Shown here: in pieces, positions 53,228 to 64,000 of the stretch
Numbering within the stretch: the first letter of the stretch is position 1
Layout: every line of letters begins with the position of its first letter
NCBI RefSeq assembly: GCF_018350175.1
Contig: NC_058368.1
Location: 154,692,001 to 154,756,000 of the forward strand
Source: Felis catus
Lineage: Eukaryota
Reading direction: 5' to 3'
DNA length: 64,000 nucleotides
The notes under the pieces: model-generated
The model's database searches: none
The model's input: only the letters and a program-made list of their open reading frames with translations
What the model was told of the DNA's origin: nothing
Program-made: the position numbers and the translations under genes

Positions 53228-54556
53228 AATAGGGTTCTGGGACCCAATTTCCACAGGCAGGGCTAGGGATTTCCTGTACCAACAAACAATTCTCAACACC
53301 AGCTTAGAGTCTTAAATTTTGACTCAATTCAGACACTATCTGTCCAGCGACAGCATCCTATTCCACAGGGTGAGGACTTAGCCCCACAAAACTGCTCTCA
53401 TCTACAACCTTCTGAGACCCCTCCCAACTCTCCCCCACCTCCACCCACTTCAGATGCCAGTCTCAAACCAACGTTGTTACCTGCACTTCCAGCCAAAGGG
53501 CTATAAATCACAGGTTCCCACAGCCTCTTCCTTGGGTTGATTAATTTGCTAGAAAGATTCACAGAACTTAGGAAACTCAATTACTTACTTGATCACTGGT
53601 TTGTTATAAAAGGATAAAGCTCAGGAACCACCAGGTGGAAGAGAAGAAGAGCTGTGAAGTATACGGAGAGCACAGGGAGCTTCCATGCCCTCTCCAGGAC
53701 CTCCACCAACTTGAAAGCACTCAGAACCCTCTCCTCGTGGGTTGTTATGGAGACTTCATTACACAAGCACGATTGAGTAAATCATTGACCATTGGTGATG
53801 ATTCAGCATTTAGCCCTCTTTCTTTCCTGTAAATCAGGGGGTTGGGACGGAAAGTCCCACCCCTTTGTTAGTGGTTAGTCCCACTGGCAACCAGCCCAGG
53901 TGCTTTCCAAAAGTTACTTCGTTAACGTAAAGCCTGTTGTGGTGGAAAGGGGCTTGTTACTCATAACAAGCTACCGATTTCACCCTTTGGCTCTGAAGCA
54001 TTTTCAGGAACTAAATACTATGACATAAGATGTCTCCGTTGCCCTTATCAATCAGGAGATCCCAAGGGTTTGGGGAGCTGTGAGCCAGGGCCTGTGGACA
54101 AAGATTGAATATATAAGAAGTATATTTGGGTCATGTGAATGACCAAATATATATTTTTACAAACCATGTTAAAAGCAAGACAATAGGCCCAAAATGGAGT
54201 CATTAATGCTAAACCCCACATCACCAAACTGAGACTTAATTGCACTTTCAGCTTTCCCAGAAATAGAATCTTAAACTAGTCAAATCAGGAATTACTTGAT
54301 CAGCATTAGTGAAGTAATCTTCCTGGTAGAACCCTAAAGCAAGGTGACCTTGCCACAACCAAGTTTACTAGCACAACTTCCTTGTTCTTGCTCCCTTGTG
54401 CCTGTAAAAGTCTTTCATTATGCACAGCCCCTTGGAGCTCCTTTCAATCTGCTAGATTGGATGCTGCCCAATTCAGGAATTATTGAATAAAGCCAGTAAG
54501 ATTTTTACTTTTTATTCAGTTGAAATGGGGTTTTCTTAATAATCACAATATTGTCA
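53228..54556 (-). mobile_element. MER21-like solo LTR, interrupted near its end by a second LTR
   Basis: actcaattcagacactatc, cccacttcagatgcca, ttgggttgattaatttgctag, gaccaaatatatattt...cacaatatt match recalled MER21-type LTRs in antisense. Confidence 0.75.
54167..54541 (+). mobile_element. MER34-like ERV1 solo LTR
   Basis: Starts TGTTAA, contains ggcccaaaatggagtca and AATAAA at about 54486, ends TTAATA; 4-bp TSD-like ACCA/ATCA. Confidence 0.7.
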
Positions 54557-54711
54557 TTTGTAACCCAGATGTAATCATTGAGCTCTGAACATTTTTCTGA
54601 GCCTAATATCTCATCTTATTCTCAAGTTCTAGAAATGATACCTCCCAGGAGTCCTATGTCCTCTGAGAACTAAGATGTCTTGCTTCTTTTTGGTTTTTCC
54701 AGCGATTAGAT

Positions 54712-54975
54712 CAGGGGTCTTAAAGTTCCACAGAAACCATCAAGAAACGTCATGAGCATGACTAGCAAGATACAAGTGCTGGGGATTACACGTTCTATAT
54801 AAAAAGGACATCTGCTTAGCTGTGACAGATTGTTGCCATATAGGAAAACTAAATCTGTTATTTTCTTATCTTCTAATTATTTCAAGGAAAACCCAATATC
54901 CATATTTTTCTGAGAAATTTCCCAAAGGTTTAAATGTTGGCAAATAATGTAATTATAACAACTTTGTTTGGTCCA
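54712..54975. mobile_element. MER102-like hAT relic
   Basis: gattgttgccat...gaaatttccc...tttaaatgttggcaa resembles recalled MER102. Confidence 0.55.
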
Positions 54976-55214
54976 AAACACACACACACACACACACACA
55001 TCTCCATTTGCAAATTTAGGATTCGAGCTTCATCTCAAAAACCTCAGCTATCTGCTAAATGGGAATCTTTATATTAATAAAAGTATTAATAATAGCAAAT
55101 CTTTCTTTGCAGAGATGTAGAGGTGTTTTCAAGCTAAAAAAGAAATGGACTCCCTTAAAAAATGATTCAGAACGTTCTGGAGGGTGGCCAAGAGCCAAGT
55201 GTGCCTGTTCTGGA

Positions 55215-55420
55215 ACCACACCACCTAGGTCTAAATCCTGGTTCTGCTACTTACTAGCCAAGGATGTTGGGCAAGTTATTTAAGTCTTCTGTCCCATAGT
55301 TTCTTTGTTTTTGAAGTTGAGACCATTTTAGAAATAGTGCCTACCTCATAGTACTGTGAGAGTTAAATTAGCTAATTCTTTTGACTCTCTTAGACCAGTG
55401 ACTGGCAAATAACAAATTTT
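55215..55420 (+). mobile_element. MIR SINE relic
   Basis: aaatcctggttctgctacttactagc...ttgggcaagttatttaa core. Confidence 0.8.
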
Positions 55421-55835
55421 ATATGTATGTTTTTTTTCAAATAAGTAAGTGTGACATAAATGTATCGTCTCAGAAACATTTTTGTGCAGAAAAGGGAGAA
55501 TAAACCAGTTTAACCTTGGTTGAGCTGCCTAAGAAGTCCCACAGGGACCAGGTAAGAAATGTAAGTCTATAATCCGAAATCACTAGGTGAACATTTACAG
55601 TGTGAGGAAAACACCATGTCACAAATAACTTCTGCAAGAGGAGTAGAATTATTCTGCTTTTTTCCCCCTTTCTAAAATAGTGGCTAGGATTGTTCAGAGA
55701 AAATTGGCCTATCAGCCAATAATTCCTTACTGCCAACCCAAGAAAAGTTTCTATAGCATGAGAGTGAATGGAATTATTTTGTTAAGGTGACCATTAAAAG
55801 AAACTAGAACTTTATTTAAATTAAGACAGGAATAC

Positions 55836-56061
55836 GGGGCGCCTGGGTGGCTCAGTCGGTTGGGCGTCCGACTTCAGCTCAGGTCACGATCTCGCGGTCC
55901 GTGGGTTCGAGCCCCTCGTCGGGCTCTGGGCTGATGGCTCAGAGCCCAGAGCCTGCTTCCAATTCTGTGTCTCCCTCTCTCTCTGCCCCTCCCCTGTTCA
56001 TGCTCTGTCTCTCTCTGTCTCAAAAAATAAATAAAAGTTAAAAAAAATTTTTAAATTAAAA
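55836..56061 (+). mobile_element. Young SINEC_Fc, full length
   Basis: CpG-rich head; perfect 19-bp TSD TAAATTAAGACAGGAATAC at 55817-55835 and 56062-56080. Confidence 0.97.
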
Positions 56062-56496
56062 TAAATTAAGACAGGAATACATTCATAAACAACGTTTTAA
56101 CCTACTAATTCAGAAATAGTTGGTCTTTGGATTGATAAGACACTTGTGTCAATGAGTTAGGAGGAATAGAAATGATCTCCTTCCAATGTCTATTTGTAAA
56201 GTCAATACAGTCACAGTGAAATACAAGCTATGTCAGAGATTAGAATCCATAGAAGACAGGAAGACCACTCATCACCGGTAACATCATGAGAAGTTGTTAC
56301 ATGGAAATGACTAATTCTTGTTGCCAATGTTCATTTTCCAGACTCATTCTTGATAGTATCAAGATGTGACATTTCTTAGGTAGCTTGAGGATAGAGATAA
56401 TATCTGACTTTTATTGAGTAAGTGTTCTATGTTATTGAAAAGCATTTATTAAAAATTCATTTTACCATATGCAGTTGTTAAGATGTGGCTAAGACT

Positions 56497-56680
56497 TAAT
56501 GGTTCTCAACTGGGGGTGATTTAGCCCCCAGGGGACATTTTGGTTGTCACAACTAAGTGGGGAGCTGCTACTAGCATCTAATGGGAAGAAACCAGGGACA
56601 TGCCATGCATCCTATAACACACAGGACAACCTTCCAAACAAACTACTGTGTGACTCCCAAGTGTCAATAGGGCTGAAAAT
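56497..56680. mobile_element. MER20-like hAT-Charlie MITE
   Basis: tggttctcaactgggggtgattt...ggggacattttggttgtcacaact...cacaggaca...tgtcaatag. Confidence 0.85.
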
Positions 56681-56839
56681 CAGGCACACTTAAGCAGAGT
56701 GCAGTGATGTGTAATAATCTAGCTTGGCCTAAATTAAGAAGCTAAAATTGTATTTTACTAGTGTTCTACTGTGTAACACCAATAATTCGGTGTTTGCACC
56801 ATAGTATGAAACAACGAACATGATTTTCATTTCAGGAAA

Positions 56840-57035
56840 AACAGGTTTAAATCCTACCTCCTCCACTTATTAACTGTATGAGGTTAGAAAGCCCCTGTGC
56901 CTCAGGTTTCTCATCGGTAAAACGGAGATATTGGTAGTACCTACTTCACAGAGTGATTGTGAGAAATAATAAGTTCTTATGTACAAACTAGAACAGGTCC
57001 TGGCCCTTAGGGAGCATTATATAAACATTAGCTAA
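56840..57035 (+). mobile_element. MIR SINE relic
   Basis: ctccacttattaactgt...ctgtgcctcaggtttctcatcggtaaaacggagata...gtacctacttcacagag. Confidence 0.82.
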
Positions 57036-58932
57036 AAATAAGTGATTGATGAATGAATAAAACAGATGTAAAATACCAACCCTCCTATAGACAATCCCGC
57101 CTCTTTTAACCTTATTAGTGAAATCGGAAATAAGGCATTGAGGAGTATAATAGTTTTAGTCTTGCCACTGTTCTTCAGTTTTCATTGTATTTCAGTAGGA
57201 CTCTTCTGTATCTATGTGTGTTTATCAAGTACACACTATTTACACAGCACTAAGCAACACAAAGATTTGTAACATGATGCCTAGGTCTTCCCCCTGATTC
57301 AGAAATTCATAATTATTGACACTTAAAATCTCTCTTATTTGGAATATTTCAAGCATCTGTTTCTTACAACTGTGGTTGTAATTCAAGATAGGGTCAGACA
57401 ACAAAATAACTATGTACAATTTTCTGATGTATTTGCAAAACCGTCTGTTTTTATTGGAAAGACTCTGAACTCTATAATGTACAGAAATATGTGTATGTTT
57501 TCCAAATTGGTTTTTATAAATCACTGGCTGTAGATATTTCCGAATACTGTCCCTTTTCTGAAGACTGAAATAAGAATCAATAAGTATAGTGAAACATTCA
57601 ACCATCATGATATTTTGGTAGAGTTGTATTCTCTTTCATTGGGGGCTTTACATTCATTGGGAATAAAAAATCTGTTTACTCTGCTGGAGAAATTAGGCTC
57701 TAAAGAGATTGTTTCAGTTCTCTTTGTTTATGATGATTTGTTAGCTCTCGACTACAGAAATAATTTTGTTGTTTACATTAATCTATGGTGGCAGTATTAA
57801 CTTCCCATCATACATAAATATAATTATTGATCATTACCAGCTGTAATTCAGTGTTAGAATTACAGATTTACATAATTGTGCTATTAAGTATAAACTTGAA
57901 CTTCATATCTGGGGTCACAAATAACTGGAGGCAGTAGAAACAGAAAATTCTGATTATATGTCATTCATATTTTAATATACGCCGTTGCAATTTTGATCAG
58001 TGTTAATGTAAATATTTTTATGTACTTTACAGCAATGGGATGCTAATGGGTGGAAATTACAGCAATATTGATCTAGCTAATAAAATGTAATACATTAGTA
58101 AGAAAGGATATTTATTATAGCCTTCAACTATTACTATACATTATCTGCCTAAGGAACATGAGCTCCATGACAGGCAAAGAAAGATTTTTGAACCAAACAC
58201 TCTAAGCTTCTTCCCATTTTACAATCATGGTTTTTCTGCTCTGCATCTTTTAAACTGATGTGGATCCAAAAAGGGCAAGTCGACTTCTATAACATTCAAA
58301 TTATCTCCCTTGATATATTTAGTACATGGAAAACACTCTATGATAATCAACAAAGTTGACTTGTCTAGAAATATTCTTTAAGATGCTACATATGTCTGTA
58401 TTGTTTAAGTCTCAATAAATGTGCTGTAAATAAACTACGCAGTAAAGCCTAAATTCTAATCTTAGAAATTCTATGAGCTAAAATGCTCCACAAAAACCAA
58501 TACTTGCAACCAGAATTGCAAATGAAGCAATTTGGGATATAACATCAAAAACTGAATAGACTTCTAACTTTTTAACACTAAATTGAGACTTATATTTTGA
58601 AGCTATCTTTTTTGGATTCATAAAATCAAAATTGGAAAGGATTTTAAATATTAACTAAGCTACTTTTGTTTTCATCTGCTAATTCCTGTATTTCATTGAA
58701 TTGTATGAGAGTGCCTTTTTTCCACGTCAAAATTGATCAAATAGCAATTTCATATGGTCCGTCCCAATTACATATCCATCTACCCATCTATTTCTCTGTC
58801 TCCTGTCAGTCCATCTATCTACATACCTACATCAATCTATATTTCTAAGTGTTTTTATCGAAGTAGAGATAATAGATGCTCAGGTACAAAATTCCAAAAC
58901 ACACCAAAGGTGAAAATAAAACACAAAATTGT

Positions 58933-59131
58933 GAGATGCCTCGGTGGCTCGGTCAGTTAAGTGTCAGACTCTTGATTTCAGCTCAGGTCATGATATCAGG
59001 GTTCGTGGGACTGACCCCCGCATCGGGCTCCGTGCTGACCATGTGGAGCCTGCTTGGGATCCTCTCTCCCTCTCTCTCTGCCCTTCCCCTGCTCAAGCTC
59101 CTTCTCTCTCAAAATAAATAAACTTAAAAAA
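58933..59131 (+). mobile_element. Can-SINE, older subfamily
   Basis: gactcttgatttcagctcaggtcatgat head variant, CT tract, A tail. Confidence 0.92.
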
Positions 59132-59284
59132 CAAAGCAAGATTAATTTTTTTTCCATTTTTCTCTTACTCTTAGTTCTTTTGCCCTAATTCAATTTTTTA
59201 ATTATAATTTATTTGTATAAATGGTGCATACAAATGGCTGTTATTCTGCACTTTGCTTTTTTTTTTATCACCTTTTAAATACTT

Positions 59285-62200
59285 TTTAAGTTGTGGTTAC
59301 ATAACATAAAATTGCCATCTTAACCATTTTTAAGTGTACAGTGTGATATTGTTGAGTATATTCACATTGTTGTGCAATCTCCAGAATTCTTTTCATCTTG
59401 AAAAACTGAAACTCTATACTTACTAAACAATTTCCTATTCCTCCCTACCTGTAGTCTCTGGAAACCACCATTCTACTTTCTCTCTCTATGAATTTGACTA
59501 TTCTAAGTACCTCATATATGTGGAATCATAGAGCATTTGTCTCTTTGTGGTTGTCTTTTTTCGCTTAGCATAACATCCTCAGGGTTCATCTATAGTGTAG
59601 CATATGTCAGAATTTCCTTCCTTTTTATGGTTGAATAATATTCTATTGCATGCATATATCACATTTTGTTGGTCCATTATCCATCCATGAACACTTGGGT
59701 TGCTTCCACCTTTTGGTTATTTTGAATGATGCTGCCATGAGCAGTACAAATATCTCTTTGACACCTGCTTTCAATTCTTTGGCCATATACCTAAAAGTGG
59801 AGTTGCTGGATCATATGATAAATTCTATTTTTCAATTTTTGGAGGAAGAGCCACATTGTTTCCCACAGTGGTTGCATCATTTAACATTAACACCAACAGT
59901 GCACAATCATTCCACATGCTCCACCAACCTCACCAAAACTTGGTACTGTTTTGTTTTGCTTTGCTTTGCTTTGGTTTTTGATAATAATCATCCTACCGGG
60001 TATGAGATAGTATCTCATTATGGTTTTGGTTTACATTTCTGTAATGATTAGTACTATTGATTGTATTTTCATATGCTTTTTAGCTATTTGTATATCTTCT
60101 TTGGAGAAATATCTGCTCAAGACTTTTGCCCATTTTTAATTGAGATTTTTGTTTGTTTTGTTTTTTGCTATTGTTGAGCCTTATTAGTTCTCTATATACT
60201 TTGAATATTAATTCCTTATCAAGTATATGAGTTGCAAATATTTTCTCCCATCCCATAGGTTACCTTTTGCTGTGTTGGTTATGTCTTTTGATGTATAACA
60301 TTTTTAATTTTCAGAGATAATTTATCTATTTTTACTTTTGTAACTGTGCTTTGGTGTAACATCCAAGAAATCCAATATCATGGAGCTTTTCCCCATGTTC
60401 TATTCTGAGTTTTATAGTTTTAGTTCTTACATTTAAGTCTTTGATTCATTTGAGTTAATTCTTGCATGTAGTATAAGGTAAAAATCCAGCTTCATTCTTT
60501 TGCATGTGGATATCCAGTTTTCCCAATATCATTTGTTAAAAAGATGGTCCTCTCTCCTTTGAATGCCTTGGCACTTCTTTAAAAAGTCATTTGACCATAT
60601 ATGCAAAGGTTTATTTCTGGGCTTGAAATTTTATTCCATTGGTCTGTATGTCTATCTTTATGGCCACACCATACTGTTTTTTATTATCATAGCTTAGCAA
60701 TAAGTTTTGGAATCAGGAAGTTTGAGACTTCCAAATTTGTTCAAGATTATTTCGGCTATTCAGGACCCTTTGAGATTCCATATACATATTAGAATGGATT
60801 TTTCTATTTCTGCAAAAAATGCCTTTGGGATTTTTATAGAGATTTCATGAAGTCTGTATATCATTTTGGATAATGTTGAAATTTTAATAATATTAAATCT
60901 CCTGAAACATGAATATGGAATGTCTTCTCATTTATTTCAGCAGTATATTTTATAATATTCAATAAACAAATATTGGTGTCCTGGCTAAGTTTATTCCTAA
61001 GTATTTTATTCTTTTTGATGCTCTTAAAGGTAAAATTATTTTCTTTTCAAATTGTTTATTGTTAGTGTATAGAAATGCAACCGCTTTTCAACTGCTGCAG
61101 CCACTCTGGAAAACAGTATGGAAGTTCCTCAAAACATTAAAAATAGAAATACCCTACAACCCAGAAATCGCACTACTAGGTATTTACCCAAGGGATACAG
61201 GGGTGCTGTTTTGAAGGGGCACATGCACCCCAATGTTTATAGCAGCACTATCAACAGCAGCCAAAGTATGGAAAGAGCCCAATGTCCATCAATGGATGAA
61301 TGGATAAAGAAGATGTGGTATATATATACAATGGAGTATTACTCCACAATGAAAAAGAATGAAATCTTGCCATTTGCAACTACATGGATGGAACTAGAGG
61401 GTATTAGGCTAAACGAAATTAGTCAGTTAGAGAGAGACAAATATATGATTTCACTCATATGAGGACTTTAAGACACGGAACAGATGAACACAAGGGAAGG
61501 GAAACAAAAATAATATAAAAACAGGGAGGGAGAAAAACATAAGAGATCCTCAAATATAGAAAACAACAGAGGGTTGCTGAAGGGGGTGTGGGAGGGGGGA
61601 TGGGCTAAATGGGTGAGGGGTATTAAAGAATCTACTCCTGAAATCATTGTTGCACCATATCCTAACTAACTTGGATGTAAATTAAAAAATAATTAGTAAA
61701 AAAAATTTTAAAAGTGCAACTGCTTTTTATGTGTTGATTTGTATCCAGTAACTTAACATTATTTTTTTCTGATTTCTACCAGGTTTGTGTATTCATATGT
61801 GGAATCTTTAGTGTTTTGTAAATATAAGATCTCTAACAAAGACAATTTTACTTCTTCCTTTCCAGTTTGGATAGCTTTTATTTTTTCTTGCCTAATTTCT
61901 CTAGCCCATATTTCTAGTATTATGTTGAAAGAAGTGGTGAAAGTGAACATCCTTGCCTTGTTCCTGACCTTGGGAAAGTTTTGTCTTTTACCATTGAATA
62001 TGATGTTAGTTGTGGAATTTTGATATTGATTTTTACTAAATTGATGTAGTTTCCTTCTGTTTCTTGTTTGTTGGGTGTTTTTTTTCATACAAGGGCATTG
62101 TATTTTGTCAAATGCTTTTTCTCCATCAATAGAGATGATCATGTTACATTTTTGCCTTCATTCTGTTAATACAGTGTATTACATTGATTTCTATACGTCA

Positions 62201-62640
62201 AACCATTTTGCATTATAGGAATACATTCCACTTGGTATGTACTAAAAGTATGTATAATACTTTTAGTATACTGCTGAATATTGATTGATAAGATTTTGTT
62301 GAACATTTTTGCATATTAATCAAAAATACTGGTCTTCAGTTTTGTTTTCCAGTAGTTTCTTTGTCTGGCTTAGTATCAATCAGAGTAATGCTGACCTCAC
62401 TGAAAAAGTTTGTGTTTCCCTCTCTTCAATTTTTTGGAAGAGTTTGAGGAGGACTGATGTTAACTCTTCTTCAAATGTTTGATAGAGAAATTAATTAATT
62501 AATTAATATTTGATAGACTCCATCAGTGAAACCATCTAGTCTTGGGCTTTCTTTGTTAGGTTTCTGATACCTGATTCAGTCTTTTATCGGTTTTTAGGTC
62601 TATTCAGATTTTCTATTTCTTTATAATACACTCTTGGTAT
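59285..62640 (-). mobile_element. L1MB-type LINE (3' UTR plus decayed ORF2), interrupted by a younger L1
   Basis: ataacataaaattgccatcttaaccatttttaagtgtacag 3' end; ORF 61759-62142 shows RT-region remnants (MIISIDGEKAFDKIQ, AREIRQEK). Confidence 0.9.
61089..61710 (+). mobile_element. 5'-truncated carnivore L1 nested antisense in L1MB
   Basis: ORF2 C-terminus (CPSMDEWIKKMWYIYTMEYY...LPFATTWMELEGI) plus 3' UTR; TSD-like AAATGCAACCGCTTTT and AAGTGCAACTGCTTTT. Confidence 0.92.
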
Positions 62641-62809
62641 GCACCTCTTTTTTCATTAACTTAATGATATGCTTAAGTAAATTCATCAAAAATGTATACA
62701 CAAATCACTTTGTTCTTTTTGATAGCTACACAGAATGCCACATTTTTAACTATAATTTACTACTCTAAACCAATTTCTTAAGTCCTCTTTCATTGGCCTT
62801 TAAATTCAT

Positions 62810-63917
62810 TTTTTTAGTAAGGTTGATCAAGATATAATTTACATGCAATAAAATTCATTCTTCTTAAGCATAAAGTTTAATAAATTTTCACAGATAATAC
62901 ACAATTGTGTGATCATGTCCACAATCAAGATATAGAACATCTTCAATGCCCCCAAAAGTTCCCTTGTGCCCTTTTTTAGTTGTTTTCTTCCCCTAGGGAA
63001 CCACCGATAATGTTTTCTGTTCCTATAGTATTACCTTTTCCATAGAGCCACATAAATAGATCCCAGACTTTTATGTTTGTTTCTTTACATTTAGCAAAAA
63101 ATGTTTTTACGAGATTCTGTTACGACGTTGCATGCATTTCACTCCTTTTCATTGATGAGTCGTTCCATTTCATGAATGTGCCACAGTTTGTTTATCCTGA
63201 TAGGCATTCAGCTTGTTTCCAGTTTTGGTCAATGATAAATAAAGGTCTTATGAAAATTCACATATAGTTTCTTGTGTGGACAAGAGTTTTCATTCTTTTC
63301 TGGAACTGGGTTACAGGTCATAGTTAACTGCATGTTTAACCATATTAGAAATTAATTTTTCTCGAAACTACTGGCATTCTCATTAGCAACATGTGAGGTA
63401 TCCTGTTCCTCTACATGCTCACCAGTTTCGGGCATGTCTTTAAAAAAATTTTTTGAGCCACTCATGAGTGTTAAATTATTGTGGTTTTAATTTGCATTTC
63501 CATAATTATTTTCCATTGGCATATCTTTTGTTATAAAAGTACCTGCTCAAATTTTTGCTCATTTTTAAATATAGCTTTTACTTTCTAAATATTGAGTTGT
63601 AAAATTTTTCTGTATTAAACATGCTAATCCTTGTTCAGAAATGTTTTGTGGAAACACATTCATCATGTCAATGACTTGCCTTATATTTTCTTAGTAGTGG
63701 CTTTCAAAAAGAAAAATTTATTTTATTTTGATAAAGGCCAACTTTTCATTTTTTTCTTTTATGGCTTGTGCCTTTTGTGCCCTGTATATGAGATCTTTGC
63801 CTAATTCAAGATGCAACCATTTTATTGCATGTTTTCTTCTGGAAATGTTATAGTCTTATCTCTTATATTTAAGTCTAGAGTTCACTTTTAGTTACTTTTA
63901 TATGGTATGAGGTAAGA
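62810..63917 (-). mobile_element. Old L1M (L1MC/MD/ME class) 3' region
   Basis: gatataatttacatgcaataaaattc...cacaatcaagatatagaacat...cccaaaagttcccttgtgccc 3' end followed by antisense ORF2 end. Confidence 0.82.
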
Positions 63918-64000
63918 ATTAGGCAAAAAGAGATAAAAGGCATCCAAATGGGAAAGGAAAAAGCAAAATTTTCTGTTTGTAGACGACATGATCTTATATA
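63918..64000 (+). mobile_element. L1 ORF2 reverse-transcriptase fragment, runs off window end
   Basis: ctgtttgtagacgacatgatcttatat encodes LFVDDMILY, matching the L1 LFADDMI catalytic motif. Confidence 0.85.

Noticed and set aside
55836..55915. tRNA-like A and B box sequence
   Set aside because: This is the tRNA-derived head of a SINE, followed by CT tract, A tail and TSD; not a tRNA gene.
57240..57608. 122-aa minus-strand ORF
   Set aside because: Composition simply mirrors AT-rich DNA; no homology recognised.
59650..60051. 133-aa ORF
   Set aside because: Antisense reading of decayed L1MB sequence.
61118..61462. 114-aa ORF with L1 ORF2 C-terminal motifs
   Set aside because: Frameshifted remnant of a 5'-truncated L1; no promoter or complete ORF.
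1..64000. CRISPR array, operon or other prokaryote-like system
   Set aside because: No repeat-spacer array or gene-dense segment; the whole window is consistent with mammalian non-coding DNA.

Overview
AT-rich mammalian genomic DNA with no recognisable protein-coding exon, RNA gene or CRISPR-like array. It is most likely from a cat or other feliform carnivore, because many of the 18 tRNA-derived Can-SINEs carry the feliform-type CAGAGCCTGGAGCCTGC segment. The window reads as a gene desert or very long intron. It holds carnivore L1 3' ends, older L1M, L2 and MIR relics, several solo LTRs and DNA-transposon MITEs. The ORFs in the supplied track are explained by SINE or L1 sequence or look like chance ORFs. 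The most interesting signals are non-coding. (1) Four nuclear-receptor half-sites sit in exact DR5 register at 37038-37076 inside a transposon-poor, enhancer-like block. (2) Two independent antisense SINE-into-SINE insertions are both 5'-truncated where the target overhang is complementary to the incoming RNA, producing long fold-backs. (3) An L1 carries an apparent 3' transduction and another has a twin-priming-type inversion. (4) Two 12-bp perfect hairpins inside old repeats look like template-switch mutations. (5) There is a promoter-like cluster at about 9.6-10.3 kb and two CTCF-like motifs, one beside a Z-DNA-prone tract. Repeat family names are from recalled consensus sequences, not a database run, and boundaries of old repeats are approximate. 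I found no evidence of a novel coding system.
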